Shown one piece after another: positions 28,001 through 37,233 of a DNA stretch of 63,028 bases (position 1 is its first letter; each line of letters begins with the position of its first letter). Location: the IMG/VR virus record IMGVR_UViG_3300048625_000378, positions 1 to 63,028 of that record. One strand, given 5' to 3'. Source of the DNA: a virus (lineage: Duplodnaviria; Caudoviricetes). Position numbers and translations under genes: made by a program. Below the pieces are notes generated by a model, which saw only the letters and a program-made list of their open reading frames with translations, searched no databases and was not told the origin of the DNA.

Positions 28001-29514
28001 ACATTAGTAAAGCCCCAATTGATTGTTTGGTTAGGATTTCCTGAAACAAGATAGATTAACGATATTGACTTTATGGTTATTGTCGTAGCTGTAGAATCTT
28101 GTATTGTAAATGTGGTATTTGAATCTAAATCCGAATTAGGTATTTCCGTAATAGTATAATTTGACAAAAATAAATTTGTCATATATTTTGTGATAAAAAA
28201 TATAAAATCTTCATCATTCGCAAGTTCTGTAGCATTTTTAAAATCTTTTGTAAGCAAGTACGAAACAGTATTGTTATAGCTAATAGGAGGGGACTGACTA
28301 TTCTCTAATTTGAAAAATAAAGTTATCTCGCTTCCGGATTTTAACTTGCTAGATCCAAAATTAATAACCAACAAATCATTTTGAAATTGATTAGTTCCTA
28401 TTGAATAATCTAAATTACTACCTTCAAAGTTTTTAGAATTTAAACTTAGGCTATAATCAGGTTTAAATTTATTCCCATCAGCCAATGTCAAGTCATAACC
28501 CTCTACAAAATTTCCGAAAACCCCAATATTGCCAATTAAAGTTAATGCTTTTGCTTTGATCGGCACATTATCAAATGAACGATATAGCTCTCTTTCTGGC
28601 AAGGCAGAATATAGTTTGTTGTTTGAAAAAACAAAAGATTTACTCTGATCATCTCCCCATTTTTGATTTTCTTTATTAAAAGTCTCAACTAAATACAGGG
28701 CATTTGAGTTGCTTTCTTTCGCAATAACTTGAATATCAGTAACCCTTTTATCTCCGGTATTTATTGTAACATGTATGGCGTTAAAATAATTTAACATCCC
28801 GATGTTTTCTAAAGAGCCGTAGTCTAATTTAAAGTTATTTGGATAAAAGTTATAGCTAGAAAAAGAAGAAAGCGCAGAGTATTCTCCATCTAAATATTTA
28901 TACCTATAAGAAAATGACAAGAATTTTTCTTCAATATTATTGCCTGCATTATCAATAAATGTAGGGATAGTTGTTGGGGCGTAACGTGGCGGTTTTTTAA
29001 TTAAATAAATATCTTCTTTTTCAAATCCATTTTCATTCCATGTTTTTGCTCTTTCAATATTAAAACACAAAGGTTGCATATTGTCATCGGTCATTAAAAA
29101 CAATTCTTTGTTTACATCTTCAGCGCTTAAAATTTGTATTCCAGTACAGAAATAATCCGCTTTTAAATTAAATACTCTAGCATTTTCGGGCCTCGTATCT
29201 TTTAAAACAAATGTGGATATGCTATTGGTAAAATCATATTCAATCAAAAAACAACCCGAATCTGACAACACTAACCAGTACACTCTGTTTCTCGAAGGAT
29301 GTGAATACCCTCCCATATAGATCGGATTTGTGCCTAAATTTAAGTTAGTTAGCTTTTTATTGCTATAAGATTTTTTTACAGAACCCTCTTCTAAAGATTC
29401 GTTATTTAAAACAATTGCGTTATATGCTTCTCTATATTCACCATCTGGCAATAGCCTGTTGTCAACATCGAGTTGCATTCTTCCTTGATTATATGTTCTT
29501 CTAGTTATAGGCAT
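25066..29514 (-). CDS. Tail nozzle/stabilization protein (crAss/P22 gp10-like) with two C-terminal TSP1 repeats
   Basis: GRMQLDVDNRLLPDGEYREAYN; FSYRYKYLDGEYSALS; GIGTNPDSF; GYDPF. Confidence 0.75.
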   Translation of the reverse strand: MPITRRTYNQGRMQLDVDNRLLPDGEYREAYNAIVLNNESLEEGSVKKSYSNKKLTNLNLGTNPIYMGGYSHPSRNRVYWLVLSDSGCFLIEYDFTNSISTFVLKDTRPENARVFNLKADYFCTGIQILSAEDVNKELFLMTDDNMQPLCFNIERAKTWNENGFEKEDIYLIKKPPRYAPTTIPTFIDNAGNNIEEKFLSFSYRYKYLDGEYSALSSFSSYNFYPNNFKLDYGSLENIGMLNYFNAIHVTINTGDKRVTDIQVIAKESNSNALYLVETFNKENQKWGDDQSKSFVFSNNKLYSALPERELYRSFDNVPIKAKALTLIGNIGVFGNFVEGYDLTLADGNKFKPDYSLSLNSKNFEGSNLDYSIGTNQFQNDLLVINFGSSKLKSGSEITLFFKLENSQSPPISYNNTVSYLLTKDFKNATELANDEDFIFFITKYMTNLFLSNYTITEIPNSDLDSNTTFTIQDSTATTITIKSISLIYLVSGNPNQTINWGFTNVSSILFYEDGDVSTLKTNRSYEVGFVYMDEFNRSTTVLTQFKNTLFIPHKLALSKNKIKVAISHKPPKFADRYKIVVKQKKLSYQTIYATTFYVDGLFRWVKLEGDNKDKVKVGDTLIFKSDTNGFVENLTKVKVLDIETKEKEFIEGNVDLDGNVINELPGLYMKIKTPAGISMDYIKEGIVTRIGAKSSRGDNFDMYIGQFSNKVGSAYVDIPIKQGSRIDIEITNKKYGSNGGSKEFVKTFYVSADYSNFQAWYNAEVNNNTGDFSFPTNGVVRGEDSIFGGFTSNSNGALYLRIHNELNGNGQHPSYLNATVTIRAANGVLIFETEEKKSDEQDIYFETEQTFDIVNGLHQGNLQSQTSTMPAEVDLDFFNCYSMKNGVESYIVKDGFNKPYLNIDLRPSAVSIEKYRSIRRFADLTHSEPYVESSSINGLNVFNLSMGNFKDDIDKQNGSIQLIHSRENDIVVLQENKPGKVLFNKQAIYTADGNSAITAGSSILGQYIPYAGNNGIGTNPDSFSVDSFGRIKYASIRNGSIVRLSNDGIEEITYGLRNFFRDLFTNRTKGKIISGYDPFLDLTTFTIGENIVGIPTYNCGAEIAKNKLQEPFSYILELNSFTGQLTLNYLISEGNATIEVIHDGVTSVMSGLTGSGNMIINRSSLNAKFANVTITPVGGAVSFSIVNNCPVGIPLEIVYVVLNDESDLNKTITNKFKAGSNTSIQNEDIFSNYPVTKFEKTFGYEGKNSFPKQNDLVTIESVKETTSTGAFLPLKQNRLGYAISNVDYTETSLNQLIQNANFLTPTETSQGVNQKTFSGNFVFTRSSNTQKLYLIWDYRDINSTQISLCYDAANGPNSCVACSPVNCVVSDWSSWSTCANGSQTRTRTVVTPASNGGVACPVLSETRTCEPVIDCVVSAWSDWSQCLNGIQTRTRTVITPASGGGTACPILTETRSCNTSQLVNLNYDQTDQQSACDFNPLT

Positions 29515-30359
29515 TATATCGTCATTGAACGGGAGCGAAGTACTCTCGAAATTTGTAATAGGTTGAAATCGGCTCTTGCTAGTTTTGCTTGATGTAATGT
29601 AGTCTTGTATCGTTGCAACGCGCGTTGTTTCTCATTAGCTGGAACGTTCCTTTTTCTTTCTATACAAGAAAAGTAAATCCAATTCTCAATCGTATCTCTT
29701 AAATACTTGTGAACTGTAATTTCTTCTTCTGTGTATTCTGACTGCAACCCGTCAGAATTGTATTCCAAAACAATTTCTTTTCCAGACAATTCAGAACTAA
29801 ACAATATTTTACCTCTTCTTTCGTCAATTGTAAACTCTCCGCTTTTACTCAATTTTGAAGTATTTAAAGTAGGCTGGTAGCCATCTAAAAAACTATATGT
29901 TTTATATGGTCTTTGGTAGCCATTCGAACTGTCAGCAGTTAAAATATTCCCTAAATCATCAAAAAGTAATTTGTAATTATCATCTTGTAAATATCCAGTC
30001 GCAATGTTTATATTTCGATTTACATCTAAAGGCATTAGTCTTAAACTATTCGTAGATTCGTCCTTAACTACAACCGATATCCTAACATAATCAATATAAT
30101 CTTGAGGTAAAGGCCAAGACAAATCTGGCGGCACGGTAATTTCTATTGCTAAAATATCGTTTGAAGCCTGTCTTGAAACAGTTCTTATCGCTTGTTTGGC
30201 ATAACTAATTATTCTTGATCTCTTTACATTTTTAATATAAGAATCGTCGTCTTCTGCCTCCAAAAGCATATTATTCACAATTGTATTTAAAGAAACGTAT
30301 TGATATTTTCCTTGAACTTCATCAGTTTCGTAATAATCTTTTGGGGTGTACATATCCAT
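29514..30359 (-). CDS. Tail ring/tubular protein
   Basis: LPQDYIDYVRIS...IVLEYNSDGL; position before the nozzle gene. Confidence 0.65.
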   Translation of the reverse strand: MDMYTPKDYYETDEVQGKYQYVSLNTIVNNMLLEAEDDDSYIKNVKRSRIISYAKQAIRTVSRQASNDILAIEITVPPDLSWPLPQDYIDYVRISVVVKDESTNSLRLMPLDVNRNINIATGYLQDDNYKLLFDDLGNILTADSSNGYQRPYKTYSFLDGYQPTLNTSKLSKSGEFTIDERRGKILFSSELSGKEIVLEYNSDGLQSEYTEEEITVHKYLRDTIENWIYFSCIERKRNVPANEKQRALQRYKTTLHQAKLARADFNLLQISRVLRSRSMTI

Positions 30360-30361
30360 GT

Positions 30362-31069
30362 CTATGATGCATTATCTTGGTTAAAATCTAAAGTTTCTTT
30401 TGAAGCAATCATTTGGGTCAATTCCTGTTCTTTAAGATTAATTCCAAAGCGTCTTAAAGTGCCTGTTATAACTCTGTTTTCTTCGCTAGGATGCAAGTCT
30501 ATATCTTGAAAATCTGCCGCAGAAGGATTGAATAATTCAGTTCCACCAACAATTGTATAAGTCCAGTTAGGAACTTTAGGGTTTCTTAAATAGGAAACGC
30601 TAACACTACCTCTTATTGATGTTGGAGCAATTTTTACCTTATTTCCAACTCTTAATCCTATTGGGTTTGATGCGGAAGGAAGTGAATCTTCGTAATTCAG
30701 TAATAGCTTGAATTCTTTGGAATGTTTGCAAAATTCAACCTCATTGATATTTCTGTAAAACACACTATCAATATATCTCAAATCAGTAGGCAAAATGAAG
30801 TAGGGATGTTCATAGACTAAGCAGATATCTTCTACTAAAAAATGAAGTATTTTCTCTCTTATTCGATCTGGTAGGTTTTCTAAGCCGCCATTTATAAGCC
30901 CTCTGTTTTCTCGATTTAACATTCGGTTTACCTCATAAAAGTATCCTTCATAAATCTCATTGACAGTATCATACAAGGCAAGTCTTAAATCTGTTGGTTT
31001 TACATTACCTCTAATGTCTGAATTAGATAATGTTAGTAGTGTCTTATATACTCTGTCAATTGCTATCAT
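30362..31069 (-). CDS. Head-tail adaptor/ring protein
   Basis: IDRVYKTLLTL..RGNVKP; YLRNPKVPNWTY; DIDLHPSE. Confidence 0.65.
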   Translation of the reverse strand: MIAIDRVYKTLLTLSNSDIRGNVKPTDLRLALYDTVNEIYEGYFYEVNRMLNRENRGLINGGLENLPDRIREKILHFLVEDICLVYEHPYFILPTDLRYIDSVFYRNINEVEFCKHSKEFKLLLNYEDSLPSASNPIGLRVGNKVKIAPTSIRGSVSVSYLRNPKVPNWTYTIVGGTELFNPSAADFQDIDLHPSEENRVITGTLRRFGINLKEQELTQMIASKETLDFNQDNAS

Positions 31070-31087
31070 TTGGCTGTTGTTTTATTA

Positions 31088-31122
31088 AAAAATGCCTTGC
31101 CATAAGTTGAGCAAGGCATTTT
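31088..31122 (-). terminator. Intrinsic terminator-like hairpin
   Basis: AAAATGCCTTGC...GCAAGGCATTTT. Confidence 0.7.
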
Positions 31123-31165
31123 CATCTGGAAAAAGTCACTAAAAAACTAAAAATAGTGGTTATCT

Positions 31166-32230
31166 TTATTCAGCTAGCTTTTTGGCTAACCAAACTTCAT
31201 CGTTTTTGTATCTAATCGGAGCGTCAGCTTTGAATTTTTTTGCATAATCTTCTTGAAGTTGTTCCAGTGTAGATTTGTCAGCAGAACCTTCTAATTTGCC
31301 CAATTCTCCTTCGTCCTCATCTTCGTCCTCATCTTCGTCTTCATCACTTTGACTTGCAGATGTATGAGTAACGGTAACAATTGGCTTTTTTGATTCTTCT
31401 AATTGCTTTTTCAATTCAGCAATTTCAGCATCTTTTTCGCTTAGTAATTTTTCAGCATCTAAATTCTTAGCCGCTTTTTTCTCTTTAGTAACCAATCTTG
31501 TATTGAACTCTTGAAGCAATACCTGCGCTTCTTTTGTTTCGTTTGTTAAGAAGTTGGTTAGTTTATCTAAACCATTCTCACCTTGAGCTACATGTAAAAT
31601 TAAACCATCGTTGTCAGACCAAACAATAGCCGTGTGGGTAGGGTTTAATTTGATAATTTTAGAAACAAATGCTAATCCGGCAACGTATTTTGTTTCGTAA
31701 TTTTCAGCACTCATAGCATCAATTATTACGCTTGGAGTTTTAATAGCAACTGCTTTTAATTCGGAAGCACATTGAGTAAATGATTTACCAAATGAACTCA
31801 ATCCAAATATTGCCATTGAGATTGCTTTAACTTTTATCTCGTCAGATTCTTTGATAAGCTCTAATGCTTTTTCAATGTCCTCAAAGCCTGATAGCTTATC
31901 GGCAGCCTCTCCTTCTTCTGAATAGATAAAATACTTTTTGCCAAACCAAGGATGTGTTTTTAAGTAATTAATCAAAGCTACATTTGATTCATCTACAGAT
32001 AAATCAGTTTCTCCTGTACTAGGATCAAATTCAAACAAAGGAACATCAGCTTGTTTTAAGTCTTTGTTTTTAGCATGAACATCTTCTACAAAACACGAAT
32101 CTTCTCCAGGAAAATATCCAATGAATTTATTCCCTTTGTCTTCTTTTGGAGCCATTACGCTGTTTTGTGGTATTGACCATGTAGATGGTTTTTTTTCTTG
32201 TAAATCAAGTCTAAAAATAACTTTTGCCAT
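31166..32230 (-). CDS. Hypothetical protein downstream of MCP with an acidic DE tract
   Basis: 354-aa ORF; DEDEDEDEDEDE encoded by a 12-bp repeat. Confidence 0.65.
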   Translation of the reverse strand: MAKVIFRLDLQEKKPSTWSIPQNSVMAPKEDKGNKFIGYFPGEDSCFVEDVHAKNKDLKQADVPLFEFDPSTGETDLSVDESNVALINYLKTHPWFGKKYFIYSEEGEAADKLSGFEDIEKALELIKESDEIKVKAISMAIFGLSSFGKSFTQCASELKAVAIKTPSVIIDAMSAENYETKYVAGLAFVSKIIKLNPTHTAIVWSDNDGLILHVAQGENGLDKLTNFLTNETKEAQVLLQEFNTRLVTKEKKAAKNLDAEKLLSEKDAEIAELKKQLEESKKPIVTVTHTSASQSDEDEDEDEDEDEGELGKLEGSADKSTLEQLQEDYAKKFKADAPIRYKNDEVWLAKKLAE

Positions 32231-32253
32231 AATATTTTTTTTAATTAATAATA

Positions 32254-32281
32254 AGCCCGAAAGGATTTATTCTTTCGGGCT
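32254..32281 (-). terminator. Terminator after MCP
   Basis: AGCCCGAAAG...CTTTCGGGCT. Confidence 0.7.
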
Positions 32282-32291
32282 ATGTTTTTAT

Positions 32292-33650
32292 TTATGCGTA
32301 AACTAACCCTTTTCTTCCAACGAAGTAAGAGTTCGCTCCTACAACTTGGTTTGTCATTTCACTCAAAATCTCCACAGAAGACTTGTCTTCACGTACTTGT
32401 TGTCCTAATACTCCGAAGAATTTAACTTGTCGTCTACGGTTAGTGATATTATTACTTCTGTATCTCATTGTTAAATAAGGACGAGCAACAATATTTCCTT
32501 GTTCAGTAACATTCATTGTTCCTGTTGGAACCATTAGGTACGCCAATGAAGTAGCGTCAAAATTGCTAGCGGCTAACAATGTAGGGTCGTCAAGTAATGC
32601 CCATGATGCAAAGTGGAATTGAACGCCATCAATAAATATTGATACGAAATCCAAACTTAAAGCCATGTCTTTACTGTTGTTAAAAGCTCCGTAGTTTGAT
32701 CCATTAAGGAATCCGGCATTAACTCCGCCTGATAACTCTCTGAAATAACGCATTTGCATGTGATCACAATAAACAGTAAATTCTCTACAGTTACCTTGTT
32801 TTTTTGCTCTTAACGCCAAGTTAGATAATTGAACTGTTGTTGTAATATAATCGTTTGAAATATTACCTCTTTCTTCAACTTGCTGTACAACACCTTTCAT
32901 ACCTTGAGCAAATCCAGCAACTGTTGATGGAGCGTTATCTAAGGCGCGATTATGTAAAACCGCAGTTAATTCCGCTTTGTTATCAAACAAAGTTGCGTTT
33001 CTCTCCATTTCCAAGTTAAACCATTTAGGTCCTTCTGGAGTTTCAATCCATGTTTTGTGCGCTAAATCAGAATCAGAAGTTTCATAAAATTCTTTAATGA
33101 TATGAGCGTGATTTTTATAGATTTTTGGAGACCATTTTTTGCCTTTATCAAAAGCAGAATCGCCTTTAGCGTGTCTGTTTGAGAAATCGCACAATACAGT
33201 TACGCTACTAGCGCTAAAAGTAAAGGCAGCCCCGTCAGATAATGCTGTAAAGACCAATGCGGAGGTAATTCCGCTAACAATAGCTTGATACTCTCTTGAT
33301 CCGTCAGAAATTTTTACAACATCTTTTATTCTTAATTGATGCGCTTTTGTACAAGTAAACACGTTTCCTGTAGCTGTCGCAGTCAATGTGTTATGAAGTC
33401 TATTCATTTCAGAATGCTGAATGTAATCAGATTCAAAAGTTCCTTCTTTACCCATTGATGTTGCGCGGATAAATCCTAATATACTTCCTTTTCCATTTGC
33501 AAACATCATTTCAGGAATTAATTCCGGCTGAAATTGTTGCGCGTAATCGTAAAGATTTACGAAATTTTCTGGAGTAGCTCTAAGAGCACTATCCGGCTCG
33601 GTAATAATAGCCAAGCCACTTAAATTGTTGGTTTTTAAATCAAAAGCCAT
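32292..33650 (-). CDS. Major capsid protein
   Basis: Follows portal and scaffold genes, ends at a terminator; IIKEFYETSDSD, GMKGVVQQVEERGN, MALSLDF..WALLDDPT. Confidence 0.8.
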   Translation of the reverse strand: MAFDLKTNNLSGLAIITEPDSALRATPENFVNLYDYAQQFQPELIPEMMFANGKGSILGFIRATSMGKEGTFESDYIQHSEMNRLHNTLTATATGNVFTCTKAHQLRIKDVVKISDGSREYQAIVSGITSALVFTALSDGAAFTFSASSVTVLCDFSNRHAKGDSAFDKGKKWSPKIYKNHAHIIKEFYETSDSDLAHKTWIETPEGPKWFNLEMERNATLFDNKAELTAVLHNRALDNAPSTVAGFAQGMKGVVQQVEERGNISNDYITTTVQLSNLALRAKKQGNCREFTVYCDHMQMRYFRELSGGVNAGFLNGSNYGAFNNSKDMALSLDFVSIFIDGVQFHFASWALLDDPTLLAASNFDATSLAYLMVPTGTMNVTEQGNIVARPYLTMRYRSNNITNRRRQVKFFGVLGQQVREDKSSVEILSEMTNQVVGANSYFVGRKGLVYA

Positions 33651-33667
33651 GGTGAATAATTTTTATA

Positions 33668-34747
33668 TTAATAATTTCCTTTCATAGCGTCCGCTACAGA
33701 CACCATTTTCACCCCTTCTTTAGCTTGTTTTTGTAAAGGATCTTGAGAGAAGTTTACGTTCCCTATTTCCTTTAATAGGCCCGTTGTTGTTTCAGCAATT
33801 GCCTTATTTAACAATGAACTTATTGCTTTTTCCCTGAATTTCGGATCAGACCATTGCATATCTTCTGCGAAGTTTTTATGGTTAAATCCATTTTCGGATC
33901 CATAACGAGACTGAATTACACCGTCTATATCAGAAACTAATGACACCATGCTCTGCCTGTCTTCCTCTGAATACTCGTAAGTAAAATTCAATTCTTTCTG
34001 GGTACCTTTATCATCAAAAGTGATTTTAAAATCAGAATCAGTAACACTGTTCACCGATTCTTTAGCTTTTAAAATTTCTTGTTGACGAGTATTTAATAAT
34101 TTATCATATTCTGATTTTAACATTACCGCCCCATTGTCTAGCTTTACATACTCCTGTTCAGAATTTTCTTCTTTACCTTCTGTTTGTTTAGCTTCAATTG
34201 GTTTGCGATATTTTTCTTGCTCTGCCTTTTTATCGTCCAAAATTGACTTTGTAAACGATGCTAATTTAATTTTATCAGAAACACTCATTTCTTCTAAATC
34301 AATGCCTAATGATTCAGCAATGTATTCATCGACTTCGTCATCTGAAAAGTTTAATCCAGTTTCTTTTCTAACCTTTTCGCGGGCCAATTCAATTTTAGGT
34401 AAATTGTCTAAATCGGAATTTAGCGCTTCATATTCTTTTCTGGAACGCCTTGTTTCTTTTTTAAATTTTAAATAAGCCTTGTCGTCATCGTCCAATAAAT
34501 CTTCATAAGGATCTACCTCTACTTTTTCAACAACTTTTTCTGGCTGTTTTTTTAAATCTTCAATAGAACTTACTTCAATACCGTTTTCTCTTAAATAAGC
34601 AAAGGCAACCTCTGAGTTATCTACAGGTTCTTTGTTTATATCGGAATCTTTATTTTCATTGGCTTCAAGATTTTTTTCATCTTGCAAATCAACGTTTGAT
34701 TCTTTATTTTGATCTAGGTTATTTTCGTTGTTTAAATTCGATTCCAT
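33668..34747 (-). CDS. Capsid scaffolding protein
   Basis: Acidic coiled-coil protein between portal and MCP. Confidence 0.65.
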   Translation of the reverse strand: MESNLNNENNLDQNKESNVDLQDEKNLEANENKDSDINKEPVDNSEVAFAYLRENGIEVSSIEDLKKQPEKVVEKVEVDPYEDLLDDDDKAYLKFKKETRRSRKEYEALNSDLDNLPKIELAREKVRKETGLNFSDDEVDEYIAESLGIDLEEMSVSDKIKLASFTKSILDDKKAEQEKYRKPIEAKQTEGKEENSEQEYVKLDNGAVMLKSEYDKLLNTRQQEILKAKESVNSVTDSDFKITFDDKGTQKELNFTYEYSEEDRQSMVSLVSDIDGVIQSRYGSENGFNHKNFAEDMQWSDPKFREKAISSLLNKAIAETTTGLLKEIGNVNFSQDPLQKQAKEGVKMVSVADAMKGNY

Positions 34748-34769
34748 AGTTTTTAGTTATTTACCGTTA

Positions 34770-34822
34770 CAAATATATAGAAATTATTTATAGTTTAACA
34801 AAATGCAATAGAAAAAATCTAT
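34770..34822 (-). promoter_or_regulatory. Late promoter with two ATAGA-N5-TYTAT boxes
   Basis: TATATTTG 34770-34777; boxes at 34777-34791 and 34808-34822. Confidence 0.6.
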
Positions 34823-37230
34823 TAAATGGTTTCAAACCAGTTGCTTTTATTTTCAAAGTCTATTGGTTCTTTGTTTTTACTCCTTTGATCAACTAACTCA
34901 CTTTGTTGTGATGCTTGTATTTTTGTACGCTCATCTTTCCGGTTTTCTTTATATTCTTCTTTAGATAATGAAGACATTGAATCTATTTTTTTTAGATAAA
35001 CGTCTTGCTCAAACTCTTTATCGGCATATGGAATTTCAAGTTCCTTTAACGCTTTTTGTTTCATAATCTCAATTTGTGCTAATTGACTTTCATATTTTAA
35101 ATCAATTTGTCGTTTGCCTTGATAGGCTATTGATTCTGCTTGAATTTTTGATTGAGCAGCCGCAGAATCATTTTGACTTTTGTTTTGAGCCAGCATCATT
35201 TGTTCTTCTTGGCGCTGTTTAATTCGTTTACGTCTATGATACATTAAGTATTCAATTGCTTTTTTAATATTTACTTTAGCTAATTGTCTTGTTTGAAAAA
35301 CAATTTCTACATCAACATTCTGCTCTTGAATAGCTAGATTTAAAATATCATTGAAATTTTTAATTTCCTCAGCAGTAGGCATCATTTCAAAAGTGAATCC
35401 AAATTCATGAAGATTTCTATCTTTTAAAATTTCCATAGCATCAAGCATTTGCTTGCCGACTACGTTCTCATATACTTCTCGGATTTTTTTAGCTTCTTTG
35501 TAGCTAAATATCGTATGTAGTCTAGTGGATATTACCTCTGATATTTTTTTCTTAAATGACACAGAAGTTTCTACAATGTTTCTGGTAACTGTATTGCTAG
35601 CTAATTGAGCCATTTGATTGATACCTACAAGAGCATCGGCTGGCATAGATCCGTCACGCGCCGGATTGACACCGGTATTTTCTCTAATTAAATTATAATA
35701 GTGAGCCCAAACATTTAAAAGTATTGTTAGTGCGGAACCCTGCTGACTTGGCATTGGTCTAGCCGCATAGCTGTCTTTAATACCATCTTCCCCCATGTTT
35801 ATTCTCTTTTTGAAAATAACTCCTTTAGTTCCCATTAGGGTTAGTGCGGTCTCCCAAGTTTCTCTTTTTACACCTCCTTTGCTATCATCTAATTCAGCGA
35901 GTTGATCTAAGTCTATTTCTTTAAGGTCTGGAGTTAGTTCGTTAACCAAGTGCTGTATTTTTAAAGATATTTTCTGAAGCTGTCTTGCTGGGGCTTTGAT
36001 GTTTTCTGCAAAAGATCGCAATCTATTTTCATAAATATCATGTGCCATCGTCACAAATGGTGACATAGCCTTATTCATTATATCATCATAATTATTCTCA
36101 CACTCTTTATAACCATAAATAAACTTTGTGCCAACTATATAATTACCTTCTAGCCAAGTGTCAAAAACACCCGTTTCAGAACTTACATCTTTTCTTTCGG
36201 GAGCAATATAGTTATCGTCTTTGCGACTTACTTTAATTGTTTTACCGTTTCGAATCTTCTTTTTGTAAACAATTCTTTTACTTGTTTTGTAAGCAAATCG
36301 TAAAACGTCAATTCTATAGTCTAGAATATCGTCTAAACCACAAGCTTCATAGTCTTTTATTGCTTTTGTTGAATTAACGCTAGAGTATGATTTAGCAATT
36401 TTTCTTAATGTATCGTCATCAAAATCACTTTCTCTCCTTATATCTGACAATGTAACCGTATCAACATAGCCTTCGTAATATTTATCAGCAAAATCATTTC
36501 GCATCACCTTACTATGGATATAATTTTCTGGATCAACATAAGCTAATTTCACACCGTCATTTTTGTCTGTATAAATTCTGCCAACTATTAATCCAACGTC
36601 AACTAAATCTTTATTATACTGACCTGATAAAAATTGCCATTCATTTGTATTTAAAACATAATCGATCAATATTTCTTCTGCAATTTCAATCTTTGGACGA
36701 TCTTTAATTTCCATATACAATTTCATTTCTTCTTCGTCTTCAGGAATGAAAGTTTTTGGCATTAAATCAATCCCTAATTGTTCTTTTGCCTTTTCAAGCA
36801 TAGGTCTTGACTTCATGTATTTTAAGTAATAATCTTGCTTTTCTGTTTTTTTTAAAGCAGCAATTTTATCGGTTGCTCTAACGTCTAGTTTATAATTTCC
36901 ATCATCAAGGCCATTTGAAACAATTCTGCAAAACTTCTCTGCCCAATTAATATTGGTCCAGTCTAAATTTATGAAATCAAGGTCATTATCTCCTTTAGCC
37001 ATTTGATTTTTAAAGTAATCTAAATCATGCTCTCCACGTACAAATAGTCGTTGTTTTCTAACGTAATCTCTACGCGAAAGAAATTCACATCCACTTTTAA
37101 TAAGCCCTCCGTCAAACCAATCTGCAGAAATCATTTCGGCCACAGCTAATCCGTATTCCGACGATGTTTTTTCTTCTATTGATGCTAGTGGATCTGGTAA
37201 CTTTACTAATTTTTTTCTTTGTGTTTCCAT
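34822..37230 (-). CDS. Portal protein
   Basis: 802 aa after TerL; FINLDWT..KFCRIVSNG, YVDPEN, IRENTGVNPARDGS. Confidence 0.85.
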   Translation of the reverse strand: METQRKKLVKLPDPLASIEEKTSSEYGLAVAEMISADWFDGGLIKSGCEFLSRRDYVRKQRLFVRGEHDLDYFKNQMAKGDNDLDFINLDWTNINWAEKFCRIVSNGLDDGNYKLDVRATDKIAALKKTEKQDYYLKYMKSRPMLEKAKEQLGIDLMPKTFIPEDEEEMKLYMEIKDRPKIEIAEEILIDYVLNTNEWQFLSGQYNKDLVDVGLIVGRIYTDKNDGVKLAYVDPENYIHSKVMRNDFADKYYEGYVDTVTLSDIRRESDFDDDTLRKIAKSYSSVNSTKAIKDYEACGLDDILDYRIDVLRFAYKTSKRIVYKKKIRNGKTIKVSRKDDNYIAPERKDVSSETGVFDTWLEGNYIVGTKFIYGYKECENNYDDIMNKAMSPFVTMAHDIYENRLRSFAENIKAPARQLQKISLKIQHLVNELTPDLKEIDLDQLAELDDSKGGVKRETWETALTLMGTKGVIFKKRINMGEDGIKDSYAARPMPSQQGSALTILLNVWAHYYNLIRENTGVNPARDGSMPADALVGINQMAQLASNTVTRNIVETSVSFKKKISEVISTRLHTIFSYKEAKKIREVYENVVGKQMLDAMEILKDRNLHEFGFTFEMMPTAEEIKNFNDILNLAIQEQNVDVEIVFQTRQLAKVNIKKAIEYLMYHRRKRIKQRQEEQMMLAQNKSQNDSAAAQSKIQAESIAYQGKRQIDLKYESQLAQIEIMKQKALKELEIPYADKEFEQDVYLKKIDSMSSLSKEEYKENRKDERTKIQASQQSELVDQRSKNKEPIDFENKSNWFETI

Positions 37231-37233
37231 GGT

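Noticed and set aside
31311-31345. 12-bp tandem repeat
   Set aside because: Simply encodes an acidic DE tract
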